Assembly: GCA_964019425.1 (NCBI GenBank)
Contig: OZ025781.1
Location: 1,488,001-1,552,000, forward strand
From: Flectonema sp. DT1601
Taxonomy: Eukaryota
Length of the DNA: 64,000 bases
Direction of reading: 5' to 3'
Under the pieces are notes generated by a model, which was not told where the DNA came from, ran no database searches, and saw nothing but the letters and a program-made list of their open reading frames with translations. Positions 35,589-48,000 of the stretch are shown here, one piece after another. The first letter of the stretch is position 1; every line of letters starts with the position of its first letter. Position numbers and translations under genes: made by a program.

Positions 35589-38039
35589 ATGGCGAGCAAA
35601 AATGTTGTGGCTCCTCCGGCAGAGGGATTGTGTGGAAAGCTTGAGTTTGAAGTGAAAGAGCCAGCATCAGGACAACCAAAATGGTACAAACCAACAACTG
35701 GTTTAGATAAAGGACTTAAAGTTATGAACACACTCACTAATGAATTAGAAGCATTCGTACCAGGGAAAGACAACAAAGTATTGTGGTACACCTGTGGACC
35801 AACCGTCTACGATGCCTGTCACATGGGTCACGCTAGAGCTTATCTCACATTCGACATCCTTAGAAGAATAACTGAAGACTACTTTAAGTACGATCTCTTA
35901 TATCACGTTAACATTACTGATATTGATGATAAGATTATTATGCGCTCTCGTGTCAACCATCTAATTGATGAATACATAGCTGAAAAGAATGACTTTAAAA
36001 CAGTCCTCGAAAAGGTAACTGTTGCCATGAACAAGAAGCAAGTTTCTTTGGACAAAAAGGGTGAAGTCTTGGCGAAAGATTTGCCAGAGACGGCGATTAA
36101 GAGAGAACTCGTGGCTTTGAAGGAGCAGCGTGAAGTCCATGCCCTTAAATTAAACCACTTCAAGGAAGCTTCAGCTAATGTTGCAGCTGCCGCGAAGGGT
36201 ACAGACTCAGCAGCGCTTGTTGCTGCCGGACGGGCTGAACTTGGTGAGCTGTTGGACGAAGAGAAGGGAGCTTCAGTAACTGACCACTCTGTCTTTTTAA
36301 AACACGCAAAGAAATACGAAAAAGAGTACTTCGAAGATATGACTTCCCTCGGAATTAAAGAACCAGATGTCCTAACCAGAGTAACTGAGTACGTCCCTCA
36401 GATTGTTGACTTCATTCAAAAGATTATTGATAAAGGATTAGCATATGAGAGTAAGGGATCTGTTTACCTTTCAATCGATGCTTTTAAAGAAGCTGGTCAC
36501 GACTACAGAAAGTTAGTACCTGGAGTAGACACAACTGCTGAGGAGATGGCTGAAGGTGAAGGTGCTCTTGCAGCTGATGGAGAAAAGAAGAACCCAAATG
36601 ACTTCGCGCTGTGGAAGAAAAGTAAAGTTGGTGAACCAGAGTGGAAGTCCCAATGGGGAATGGGTAGACCAGGTTGGCATATTGAGTGCAGTGTTGTTGC
36701 CTCTGATATCCTAGGGCCAGTGATGGATGTTCACGCTGGTGGATGTGATTTACGATTCCCCCACCACGACAATGAACTTGCCCAATCAGAAGCTCACTTT
36801 GGACATGGTCAATGGGTGAACTACTTCTTCCATGCTGGTCATTTAAAGATCAAGGGTTTAAAGATGTCTAAATCATTGAAGAATTTCGTCACTATTAGAC
36901 AGGCGCTCGAAAAATTCACAGCACGTGAAATCCGAATGATGTTTCTCCTACAGCCTTGGAACAAGGAAATGAATTTCTCTGACCAGACAGTCGATGATGC
37001 GAAATCAAAAGAAAAGACTTTCAGAGAATTCTTTCACAAAGTTCACGAGATTTCAAGAATTTCATGGGATCAGCTCCCAGTTGGACTTCAGAACAAAGAA
37101 AAGGAATTGGAATTACTACAATTACTCTTCACAACACAGGAAACTGTTCACAACTCGTTCTGTAACAACTTTAACACACCAGCTGCTATTCTGGCGATGA
37201 ATGATTTGGTTGGAGCTTTTAATAAATATGTCCACAACAATGACACCCCTTCTGTTCACGTAACTAAGAAGATTGGTACCTACATCACTTCAATCTTTCG
37301 TATTCTTGGTCTTGTTGCTGGTGGTGATGACATTGGATTTGGTCAGGAAGCAAGCGGTGGTAACAAAGATGACATTGCTAAGTTTTTAGATGTCTTCGTG
37401 AACTTTAGAACAGAACTTCGTAACATTGCGAAGTCAAAGGGATCTGATCTGAAGGATGTCTTGGGTGCCTGTGATAAAATCAGAGACGTCCTACCTCCCT
37501 TAGGAGCGAAAATTAACGACCTTGATGGAGGAAAGAGCACCTGGCAACTCGATGACCCTGCGGTACTCGTCAAGGAGATGAATGAACGTAAGGAACGTGA
37601 AGCTGAAGCAGCAGTAAAGAAGCTCGAGGCGTTATTATCAAAACAAGAAAAAACATTTGATAAGTTGAAGAAGTTTTATGAGAAGGGAACACCAGATCTA
37701 ATGTTCAAAAACGATGCACAATATGAAGGTTTCGCTTTCGACGCGGAAGGTTATCCTGAGAAGCAAAAGGACGGAGAACCTGTCTCGGTATGCTTGATTA
37801 CCAATTTTATCTTTGTGGCTAACTTATGAGGAAAGGGGGAAAAAAAAAAAAAAAAAAAAAAAAAAAAACAGAAATCAGCAGCAAAGAATTTCAAGAAGTA
37901 CAGAACAGTTCAAGAAAAGGGATGGAAAGAACTTACTGAAAAGTCTGGCGGTGACAACAAGGTATACCTCGACAAGTTGGAGAGTGAGTTAGCCGAGCTC
38001 AAAGTTAAGATCACAGACGCCAAGCCAAAGACTAACTAA
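35589..38039 (+). CDS. CARS: cysteinyl-tRNA synthetase (eukaryotic type); exons 35589-37787, 37872-38039
   Basis: WYTCGPTVYDACHMGHAR (HIGH), NITDIDDKII, DFALWK, GRPGWHIECS, FPHHDNE, KMSKS. An 84-nt intron extends the frame to TAA 38037-38039. Confidence 0.96.
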
Positions 38040-38690
38040 GGTAAATTCACACGGAGAATAATAATTGCATATAACGTATTATTTGCTCTTATTCATTTCA
38101 CTCACACGTACTGAATTTATTATTTTATTTTTTTCTCACATGTTGACAAAGTGTCTTTTCTCCCTGCCCATCCCAACCCGTTTGCCTTTCCCTCTTTAGG
38201 TCTAACTCTTGGAAGTCAACATTGTTAAAAAGGGACTACAGCAGAGAGAGGGTTTATCAGAAAAACAAAAAAGAATTTTATGTTTCGACGTGTAATTCAT
38301 TTCGATCACTAAAATTAGGTCGTCTCGAATTTCGAGGCAAAAAAAAAAAAAAAAAAACCCGTCTGTTTGACAAGTGGGGGTGTTTATTTTTTATGAGCTG
38401 ACGACCGGATGGTCTGTCGCCATATCGAAAGCAATAATTCAGTGAATACGTAGATGTGGAAATAACGAAAAAAAAAAGAGGACGGACGAAAAAACGAAAA
38501 GCGAAAAAAAGTTACCATCCCTGAGAATCTACGGGGCTGCTCCTACATGATAACAGTATTCGATCTTCTAACACTATATAATACACAGCTACAATGACAT
38601 GAGATACGGCATCGTTTTACATTTCAGTATTGTACACTCTACCAGTGGCTTTATAACAACATTCCTAAAACAGGTAGGAGGGGCGTGTTT

Positions 38691-38729
38691 CGGGGGAACC
38701 CCAGGACAACTGGGGAGGGCGACCCCCCG
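38691..38729 (+). promoter_or_regulatory. GC-rich hairpin in the putative SmB 5' UTR
   Basis: cggggg-aa-ccccag-gacaa-ctgggg-agggcgac-cccccg lies between acceptor AG 38672-38673 and ATG 38751. Confidence 0.45.
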
Positions 38730-38750
38730 TGTACATTTAAAACATAAACA

Positions 38751-39593
38751 ATGACCGGCATTTCACGGAAAAGTCGCATGTTCAATTATCTGAACTCGGA
38801 GATAAGCGCAGAGATGGCGAATGGGAGAACGATAACTGGAATATTTACTGCTTATGATAAGGTGTGTTGTCTTTTTGTTTTCATTTAAACTGATCGAAGG
38901 CAATACAGACATCTTCTACAATCAATAATAACAGCACATGAATGTAGTCTTTGCTGATGCAGTAGAAAAACGAATGGTCTACGTAAAGGGACAAGAAGAA
39001 AGAGAAGTCGCAAAGCGAGACCTCGGTTTCGTAATCCTTCGGGGAGCAAATATTGTTGCTGTGACAGTGACAGGAAGTCTCGGAAGAGCTCCGCCATCGA
39101 GAGATTCGCTGAAGGCTACTGCCAGACTACCAGGACAGGGATGCGGTATGACTTTTTTCAGTATTTCTTTTATTGTTCTCATAAAAGCATAACTCATGAT
39201 AAGACTGGTTAGTATCAGCTCGTTAGGAACATTCAAAAACACAAAACAGGTGTTGCCGCTGGCCGAGCGATGCCAATGCAGAAAGGAGGAAAAGGAAGAA
39301 CCAAGGGAGCAGTGCCATCGGCAAGAGGGCCAGGTATGAGTGTTGCACCGCCGCCTGGATTTCCTGCGGGAGTGGCACCACCGCCTGGGTTTCCGGGAGG
39401 TGTGGCACCACCACCCGGATTTCCTGGAGGCGTCGCACCACCACCAGGGATTCCTGGAGCGGGAGTACCTTACACGGGCATGACTTCTCTATCCCCTCCT
39501 GCAACCCACACACCAAGTGGTGTCTCCACGGGAGTACCTGCAACACCATTCCCAGGTGCCTCAGGAGTGCCCCCCGGCTATCCCCCACAGTAG
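38751..39593 (+). CDS. SNRPB: spliceosomal Sm protein B; exons 38751-38861, 38935-39145, 39250-39593
   Basis: Spliced sequence gives Sm1 GRTITGIFTAYDK|HMNVVFADAVE and Sm2 RDLGFVILRGANIVAVTV, then PGQGCG|VAAGRAMP and the Pro/Gly-rich tail typical of SmB. Confidence 0.92.
39342..39461 (+). repeat. 4 x 30-bp coding tandem repeat (VAPPPGFPxG) in the SmB tail
   Basis: Visible in both the DNA and the translated ORF 39270. Confidence 0.85.
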
Positions 39594-39952
39594 GCTACTG
39601 GAGTCTATTCTTATTCCGCATCTCAACATCTGTTTATCGCAGGTCTCGCCTGCCTTCAATTAGTTGCCGTTTCATAGTGTTTGATGCTTTACGGTATCAC
39701 ATCTTTATCATATAATACGTAAGTAGTGTTTCTCTGCGCAGTGCAGGTAGGTTCAGTTGCTTCAGAGCTATGTGTGCTTGGTTTTGAGTTAATAAAAGTA
39801 GAGTAAAATTATTTATCTCAACAGAACGTAAACTACATGACGACTACCCCAATGGGGACCTTTAAAATATCATAAAAACAAAAAATAATTTTGTCAGCTA
39901 AGATAAATTACCAATTATTCTTTTTTTAAAAAAGATCTCTAATACATAAACC

Positions 39953-40558
39953 ATGACTGGGAATATAACAATGGACTTCATGGCGAAGATCTATCCGCCT
40001 CAACAGATGGATCCAAACATGACACGTGAGCAGTATACGAGGGAATTCCAACGTCGGTTGGATGCATATGAAAATTCTTCTGAGTTCGAAGGTACAAAAA
40101 TCCATCCCATCGTTGGTGAGAATGCGTTCATTCAAAAATTAACGTATCATAAGAAAAGAAATGAATTAGTTGTCGTGAAATTTTGGAAAAACGGATGCAT
40201 TCCGTGTCACGCCAGAGCCAACATGTTTAAAGATACAGAATCGTGGCTTTTAGAAAAGAAACCTGGAGCTGTGTTCTATTCGGTAGACATTCACCACCCA
40301 GAAAACCGTGCACTTGAGGTATGCTTTTCTCAATTTTAAAAAGAAGAGAGTAACACAACACAAATATAACTAACCTAACAACAGAAACGTCAACTAATAG
40401 AAGGTACTCCGCATATACAGAAGTTCTGGAATGGAAAACAAGTTGGTGGAGATGTTAGGGCGAGTTCACAAGATGGATTAATATCAAATCTGCTATCGAC
40501 ACTCTCTTCGTGTTTGATGGGAAAACCACCCACCAATATCAACTTTGAAAGAGAGTAG
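39953..40558 (+). CDS. thioredoxin-like protein (GCIPC active site); exons 39953-40318, 40385-40558
   Basis: VVVKFWKNGCIPC, FYSVD, and the cis-Pro motif IEGTP after splicing a 66-nt intron containing CTAAC. Confidence 0.85.
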
Positions 40559-41002
40559 TTACAGCATCAAAACTACTTCAGTTCTGTACCAAACTAGCAT
40601 CGCGCAACTGTTGCGCCTCTCACCAGCTATTCAATTCTGTGTATCAGAACAAGATGGTTAATAAATAATCTCTCAAGGGAGAATGCCGCTTTGATTGTTA
40701 AAACGAATTGCCTTTTCTTTAATTCGTAAAAACTGAAATTCGAGGACTGGTATCAGAAGTGCTATTCCCACAGCACCGCAATCACATTAACGAGCGAACA
40801 GGAGTGCTCTTAGAAGTACTTACAGAATGTTCTGCACTCTTTACTTGAGCTTAGGCAATTTATTTACTTATGTTATATTTGTTTGTGTTATTCTTCTACT
40901 TTGCAGTTAATAAGAAATGGTGAGGATAGTAGGTCTGTCGGTTTGGGATACCCCAATAAAGTAATTGAGTTATTATATTTATGACATCATTACAGGTATT
41001 TA

Positions 41003-41621
41003 ATGAATAATGATGACGAGCGAGACATTCACGAAAGAAGGGAGAACCTGATAGCATACTTGCGAAGGAATGACGTAAGTGACGTTCGGGACTTTGCTGA
41101 TCCAAGGCTGATGATTTCACCGGCGCCTCCAATGACAGAGGAAGTGTTAGCAAAGTTGAATTCCCCTCCTTGTCGACCTGGACTGCAGTCGCCATTAAGA
41201 CGTATGCCAACATCTAGTCCGACGGTGGTACAAACAGTACAAACTGCTCCTATTTATAGTTTGCCACAAGTTCCTTTATTATCACCCAGAGATGATAGCC
41301 GTACGACAATCCTATCTCCACCACAAATACAATTACCTGATATTCCCTTTCCTGGAACGACACCAATAAAGAGGACGCCAGGATTGAGAGCAGCGTTAGT
41401 TATTGGGAGTCTGGTTGTTGCAGTCACGTCAAACGAAACGATTCCAAGAAAACCGACTCCCGCAGAGGAACTAATCTCATCCCTTGCGGGCGAAGTCGCG
41501 GAACTTAAATCGCAACTCGTCGGTCAGCAGCAACAACAACAACAGCAGCAGCAACTGCTGCAGCAGCAGCAACTGCTGCAGCAGCAGCAGCAACAACAAC
41601 AACAACAACAACAGCAGCGGC

Positions 41622-41673
<52 letters not shown>

Positions 41674-43615
41674 GCAACTGCTGCAGCAGCAGCAACAACA
41701 ACAACAGCAGCAGCGGCAACAACAGCAGCTGCAGCAACCACATGACCAACAAAAGAGTTCCATGTTGGGGTGGCTGACATCATTTTTCCATCGCAGCGAT
41801 ACTTCTAACAAACCCCAAGAACACTCTACAGAAATAGTCCCTTTAGTAGATGAGGAACAATCAGTACAATATACGCACAGTCCATCATTACAATATACGC
41901 ACAGTCCATCACATGATGTAATGCATCACGAAATACAAACCATTAGTGTGAAGTCGAGTGAGGGTTCTCCCAAATCCGTTGAGGAAATCAACTCGGAAAT
42001 AGAAATCGTGGATGATGACGACGAGGAAACAGTTGAAATAATAATGCAAAGCCCTTCACTTAGTCCAGTGATTGATAATTTAATCAAAACACCAACAGTT
42101 GTGGTGATACCACCTTCTACTTCATCAGTATGTGACGATGAGATTAGGTCACCTTCTACAACACCAATACGATTCCGACAACAACATGAACTCGATTTAT
42201 TAAGAAAGCAAATTTTACAATTAAATTCTGAAGTCACGAAGCGAGACACAGAAGCCAGACTTCTTCGGAGTACTCTCGCTACGCATTCCATTGAAAAGGA
42301 AAATGAAATTCAAAGTGTTCTTCAAAAACAACTTGACTTGGCAAAAGAAGTAAACACAATGAGAGATGGTATCACTGTAAAACAACAACGAATACCATCT
42401 TTATCGAAATTGAGAATTGAGGAACTAACAAATGAGTCTAAGCCAGTCCCAATCTCTCCCACTACTAAGGGAGATAATAATGATAACAGTGACGTGCATT
42501 CATGGGGTGATGTAAACTCAGTATCACTATCACCTCATCCGTCTGCAGACAAATTAAAACAAAATAGTCCAGAACCACATCACGAACAACTAAACAGTAG
42601 TGTGATTGAACTGTTAAGGCAATCTCCTTATACGGCACCTAAGAATACTCAGAAATTGTATCCAAAAGAATCGAAAAATACTTCATTTTCATCGCAAAAT
42701 CGTTTTCAATGGAGATCAGATGACACAACAGTATCTGATGATGATTTTGGAATATTCTTTTCGAACTATTGCTATGTTTTGTATTTTTATGAGGATCTGA
42801 AAGAAATATTTATTTGGCAAGGTCGACTCTCTTCGGAAACAGATCGAAAACTCACCATGGCAAAGGCACAGGAACTCGACATTGTGAACGATGAGTATCA
42901 CCAACAAAACACAGCCTGGTACATATGCACAGAGGGTACTGAACCACAAAGGCTACTCCGATTGTTAATGGCAAGAGGAAAGCGTCTTATATGTCGCTTT
43001 GCTAAATTATCAGATCCTGGTCAATCTGACATCACGGATATCTGGATGGGTAAGTTAATAAAAGTTGGCAGCACACACGTCAGAATCGCCGAAGTCGAGA
43101 GAAGCAAATTCCACTTAAAATCCAGCAGCGTTTTAATATTACGTTTAGAGTATAAAAATGATGATAAAGTAACTTATATATGGCAGGGAAGGTCTTCCAG
43201 CGTATGGAAGAGAACTGCAGCCTTACAAGAGGCCAAGGGAAGTGTTTTTGTAATGGATGAAGGTGAAGAGAAGTTGGATTTTTTAGACTTACTGAATTCT
43301 GAAATGGTTCGCGACATCAAAGACGTTGATGATCGTCCAGAACACTACTTACCTGAGACGATGCTTGAAAGGACAAGTCACGGATGGAGTCAAGTTCCTC
43401 TTAGTCTTGAATCTCTCCATACCTCATGTGATTACATCATTGTAACACCTGTTAGTAATTATTTTATTCTGTCTCAACACACTGATAAATTACAATGCGT
43501 AACTACCGCATCTAGACACTTACCGAATCCGCTGCCAGCTACGATTCTTCGACATTCACAGCGATTCTACTTAGAGACACATTTGTCTGCACTGTTTACA
43601 GTATCTGGCCCATGA
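41003..43615 (+). CDS. polyglutamine, coiled-coil protein with C-terminal gelsolin/villin-like repeats
   Basis: CYVL...IFIWQGRLSS...EGTEP; SVLIL...YIWQGRSSS...DEGEE; a third degenerate repeat. Confidence 0.85.
41525..41737 (+). repeat. coding CAA/CAG trinucleotide repeat (interrupted polyQ, about 70 codons)
   Basis: Directly visible. Confidence 0.95.
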
Positions 43616-43754
43616 GTTTAAATTGTACCCTGTTATTCTTTTTTGTTATTTTTTTACTTAGATGAAGTTTACTTTTTTTTCTTCTTTTTCTTCTTCTTGT
43701 TTTTTTTTTTTTTTTTTTTTAATCCAGATTATACAATACTGTATCATGCCAAAG

Positions 43755-43852
43755 CCATAACAATCCTGACAAGATTGGAGTCTACTTATGTTGGTGTTGC
43801 CTCGTAGCTCTGTAGTTTGCTGTATCAGTAAGCACGCAATGTAAGTGACTTT
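43755..43852. repeat. dispersed repeat, copy 2 (homologous to 2838-2960)
   Basis: aacaatcctgacaagattggagtctacttatgttggtgttgcctcgtagctctgtagtttgctgtatcag...cgcaatgtaagtgactt. Confidence 0.8.
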
Positions 43853-43974
43853 TTAATCTATTATCAGGGTTGAATTCGAAATTGGAAAAAAAAAAAAAAA
43901 AACATAAAAAACATAAAAAATTACTAATTATCACACCACATAGAAACATTCAAACACACAAACTAATCTAATAA

Positions 43975-44484
43975 ATGAGTCGCTATCCACGAAGTGGTAC
44001 TGGAACTGGTTCACGTCATCGTAAAAAGAGATTTGAGCTCTCTGAAGAACAAAGACAAGAAGTAAGAGAAGCATTCGAACTATTCGACACGGATAAAAAC
44101 GGTTTAATAGATCCTCACGAAATGAAGGTTGCCATGAGAGCATTAGGCTTTGATGTTAAGAAAGACGAAGCAGTAAAACTTATCGACGACAACAGCACTG
44201 ATGGTTCACAACAAATTAATATGCACACATTTACGGAGATTATGACTGAGAAGATTAGTGAAAGAGATCCCAGAGATGAAATACAACGAGCTTTTCAACT
44301 TTTTGACAATGATAACACTGGGAGAATAAGTCTTAAAAACCTTCGACGAGTAGCTAACGATCTAGGCGAGAACATGGCCGACGATGAACTACAGGCGATG
44401 ATAGATGAATTTGATAAAGATCAAGATGGAGAGATAAACGCTGATGAGTTCATCAACATCATGACTAACAACGACGAATTTTAA
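43975..44484 (+). CDS. CETN3: centrin (centrin-3/Cdc31 type EF-hand protein)
   Basis: [21 protein letters not shown]...[13 protein letters not shown]...ERDP..EI..AF.LFD...[15 protein letters not shown]...[14 protein letters not shown]. Confidence 0.93.
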   Translation: MSRYPRSGTGTGSRHRKKRFELSEEQRQEVREAFELFDTDKNGLIDPHEMKVAMRALGFDVKKDEAVKLIDDNSTDGSQQINMHTFTEIMTEKISERDPRDEIQRAFQLFDNDNTGRISLKNLRRVANDLGENMADDELQAMIDEFDKDQDGEINADEFINIMTNNDEF

Positions 44485-45051
44485 TACAGGCAATTCAAAA
44501 CTTCAAAATATAGATCTAGAAAAAAAGATTTTTATAATTTTTTTTCACCCCTCTCATTTTTCCGCTAATCCCCCGTAGTTTATTTTTTATTTTTATTTTA
44601 TTTTTTTTTACTTCTGGTTAGATATCCTTACTTACAGTCCTCTTGTGTTTTTATTAGAAAAATATTCATCCTCCTTTAGCTGAAAGGCATAGTGACTATG
44701 ACACACACGGCTTTGATTGAATTACAGTCCTGCTATTGCCTGACTCAAGTATGGTTACTTTTCTGGTATTTAGATTTACAGCTCTTCAGGATCTTCCGGA
44801 AGGCAGCTTTTCTGAAAGCCCCTCTGGGCATGTGAGTGCTTTTTGCGTTCTGCCTCCTGATTTCCCCGTCCCCCTCGTAATAAAAGGTTAATATTGATGA
44901 CTCGTATTGTTGTTTTTTATTTATTTTTTTTTTTTTAAAAGAAGGTTATTTCATCATGTTTGGGAACTCTGAGTAACTGATAGATGAGTTTTATTTTAAT
45001 GAACGAAAAGTTTAAATTATTTTCATCTATCCAGAAGACGGGGGTGAAGTG

Positions 45052-48000
45052 ATGTCACATTCACCCATAACACCAACAAGTAACAACGATGAAAGGTTTG
45101 CTATGGTACCGTATGGGGGGCTTCCAATAGTCGGAGCGAAACCAAAGCTTCCGGGAGGTGGATTAATGGGAAGTGAACATAGTACTTTCGCAGGGGGATT
45201 TCATGAAACTGGAAGTGGAATGGCTCATAGGAAATATCGGATTGGTCTTCCTCCGTCTATTACTGAACCATTGAGTGAGAAGCTGCTCGCTGATGTGGAA
45301 GCCGCTCAGTCAGAATCTGAGAAGCGACAGTTCAAAGAATATCAAAAACTACGCACCACCGTACTCTCACTTCAATCCCAAGTTAGAACTGTTTTGGACC
45401 TGTTCGCTGAGGAACCAGCAGTTGAAGCAACTCACCCTGACATCATCGGGCAGAGAACTGAAGTTAGTATACAACACAAACTCGAAAAGCTTCATGAACT
45501 CGTATCAGAAAGTATGGAGGAAAGCCGCTTAAAAGCAAATCAAGTCGACGTATTGAAAGCTGACAATGATGACTTGCAGCAAGCCACTTCTGACTACCAA
45601 GCTAGAATAAAATACTTAGAAGAACAGAATGACTCTTTAAGACACGAACTTCAACAAACAACGTTGCAGTTGAATGATACGAAATCACAGCATTTGCAAA
45701 CTATTTCGGATTGCACAGCGTTGGCTGATAAAGTTGATCAGCTGACAAGACTTAATGAAATAATTCAAAGAAGACATGAAAGACAACGGCAATCACTACC
45801 TGATAAAGATCATGGATCTCAGATTAGAGAAGGTTCTGCATCAACAGGAGGTCAACCAATTGCAAAGCGTCAGCTTGGTGACATGCATCGACTTCAAGAC
45901 ACAATGAGAAGACATCTTGGTGATACTGGTAACAGTAATGGTCCTCAAGGTAAAGTTGCTCTTGTATTTACAGACATTCAAGGATCTACCTCTTTGTGGG
46001 AAGCTTTAGAAGACAGAATGCACAGCGAACTCGAAAAACACAACAAAGTCATTCGAGCAGAAATCCACGCCTGGAACGGATACGAAGTTAAAACCCAAGG
46101 AGACTCTTTCATGGTTGCGTTCAATGACGTTACTAAAGCAGTTTGCTTCTGTATGCAAGTCCAGCTTCGATTGATGGGATGTAAATGGGATCCTTTACTC
46201 CATGATCTACCTGATGCTAAGAGAAGAACAACAAGAAAGAATGGAAAAGATATATTCATATGGAATGGTCTTAGAGTTAGAATGGGATTACATGTTGGAT
46301 CTCCAATCTGTCAAATCGACGTAACAAGTGGTAGAATGGATTACTTTGGTCCAGTAGTTAATCAAAGTGCTAGAGTTCAAGGGATAGCTCTCGGGGGAAT
46401 GGTTTCACTCACTCAGGAGGTAAAAGCTGCGATTGATTTTTCACAAATTCCGAAAACGTTAACTCCCCGATTTGAAGATATCGGAGTGTTCTCTCTTAAG
46501 GGGATTTCAGAACCAATTCCCCTTCAACAAATACTACCTGAGGTCTTGTCTCCGAGACTTGAGGACTTCGCTCCTCTCAAAACTAAAGACAAAGATGAAG
46601 ACACTAGCAATGCACCTGTTGGACAGGTTTGTATTGTCTTCCTCCGAATTGACTCTGCTCAGCTGATACAAGATTACTCTGAGGAAATCTGGCTTTCAGT
46701 TCTTCACATCTTTCAGAACGAAGTCAGGCTCACATCAGAAGTCGTTGGTGGTTACATAAGCAACGTAGACAAGGATCGTACCACTGTAGCATTCCAACAC
46801 ACTGGAGTAGCATTTAGGTGGGCTATGGAGTTACAAGAATCGTTAATGAATCTACCTTGGAACCCTCAACTTCATGATATTCAATGTTGTAAAACAGTTA
46901 ATTATGGAAACCAAGATGTTATAAAAGGACCACGTGTCCAGGTTGGAATGCACGTCTGTACATGTGAACACTACTACGATCCCGTAACGAAGAATATGAA
47001 CTATGTTGGACCTTCTCTGGCAGTCGCTGCTGCTCTTTCTTTGGAAGCGAGAGGAGCAGAAACAGTAGTATCGGATGCCGTGTACGAGGAGGTATCTGCA
47101 ACATCAAAGGATATATTTGTATTAGCGAAGAAAGATGTTGTTGTTGACAACGAGTCTCCTTTTGATGCATATTTCTGCTTTCCAAAATCCTTACACGGTC
47201 GTGCTACATACTTAACAGGTGTTGATATCTCAAACGAGCGTACACCTGACGAAGTATTACTTCATAAAGTAACTGATGCTCCTTTTGGAAGAGTTTGTAT
47301 TGCTTTTACTGATGTTCAGAACTCAACAGTACTTTGGGAACAAAACGAATTAGCAATGGCGGAAGCAGTTAAAATGCATCACAGCGCCATGCGTGCTGGA
47401 ATTCAAAGATTTAAAGGATACGAAGTTAAGACAGAAGGAGACGCATTTATGGTTGCTTTCAGAGAGACAAAAGATGCTATGAGATGGTGTTTGTTTATGC
47501 AAGAGAGTCTCTTGACTCTCGATTATAGTGCAGACTTTTTAACACTTCCTGATGCCAAACCAATGCCTAAAGGAAGACCACTTTGGAGAGGGCTACGAGT
47601 CCGTATGGGGTTCCACGTTGGTAGACCTCACTGTGAAATAGATCCTGTGACTTCAAGAATGGATTACTACGGTAAGATGGTAAACAAAGCAGCTCGTGTA
47701 TCCGGAACTGCTCAGGGAGGTCAAATCGTAATGTCTGATGAAGCGTTCCAAGACATCAGTAGCTCTTTATTAGAATTAGGTCAGCCAACAATAACAGATG
47801 GTGGCTCTGTTCAATTAAAGGGAATCGCCTTGGCAGCAAAAATTCATTTCGCAGTTCCAAAGCGGTTGCGTGCGAGGACGTTTAAGGAAAGCCAACTTGC
47901 GGTGTCAACAGCGAAACCGACGATGTTGGAAAAAATGACTCATGAGTTGGAAACAAAAGACACTCAAGGTACGAAGTTAGTCAGAGCCCCAACTGGAACA

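Noticed and set aside
40579..40589. cagttctgtac resembling part of the euglenozoan spliced leader
   Set aside because: An imperfect 11-nt match only; the rest of the leader, the donor GT and the Sm site are absent.
41477..41811. Poly-Cys, poly-Leu, poly-Val/Ala and poly-Asn ORFs
   Set aside because: These are alternative frames and the antisense of the CAA/CAG polyQ repeat, not metallothionein-like genes.
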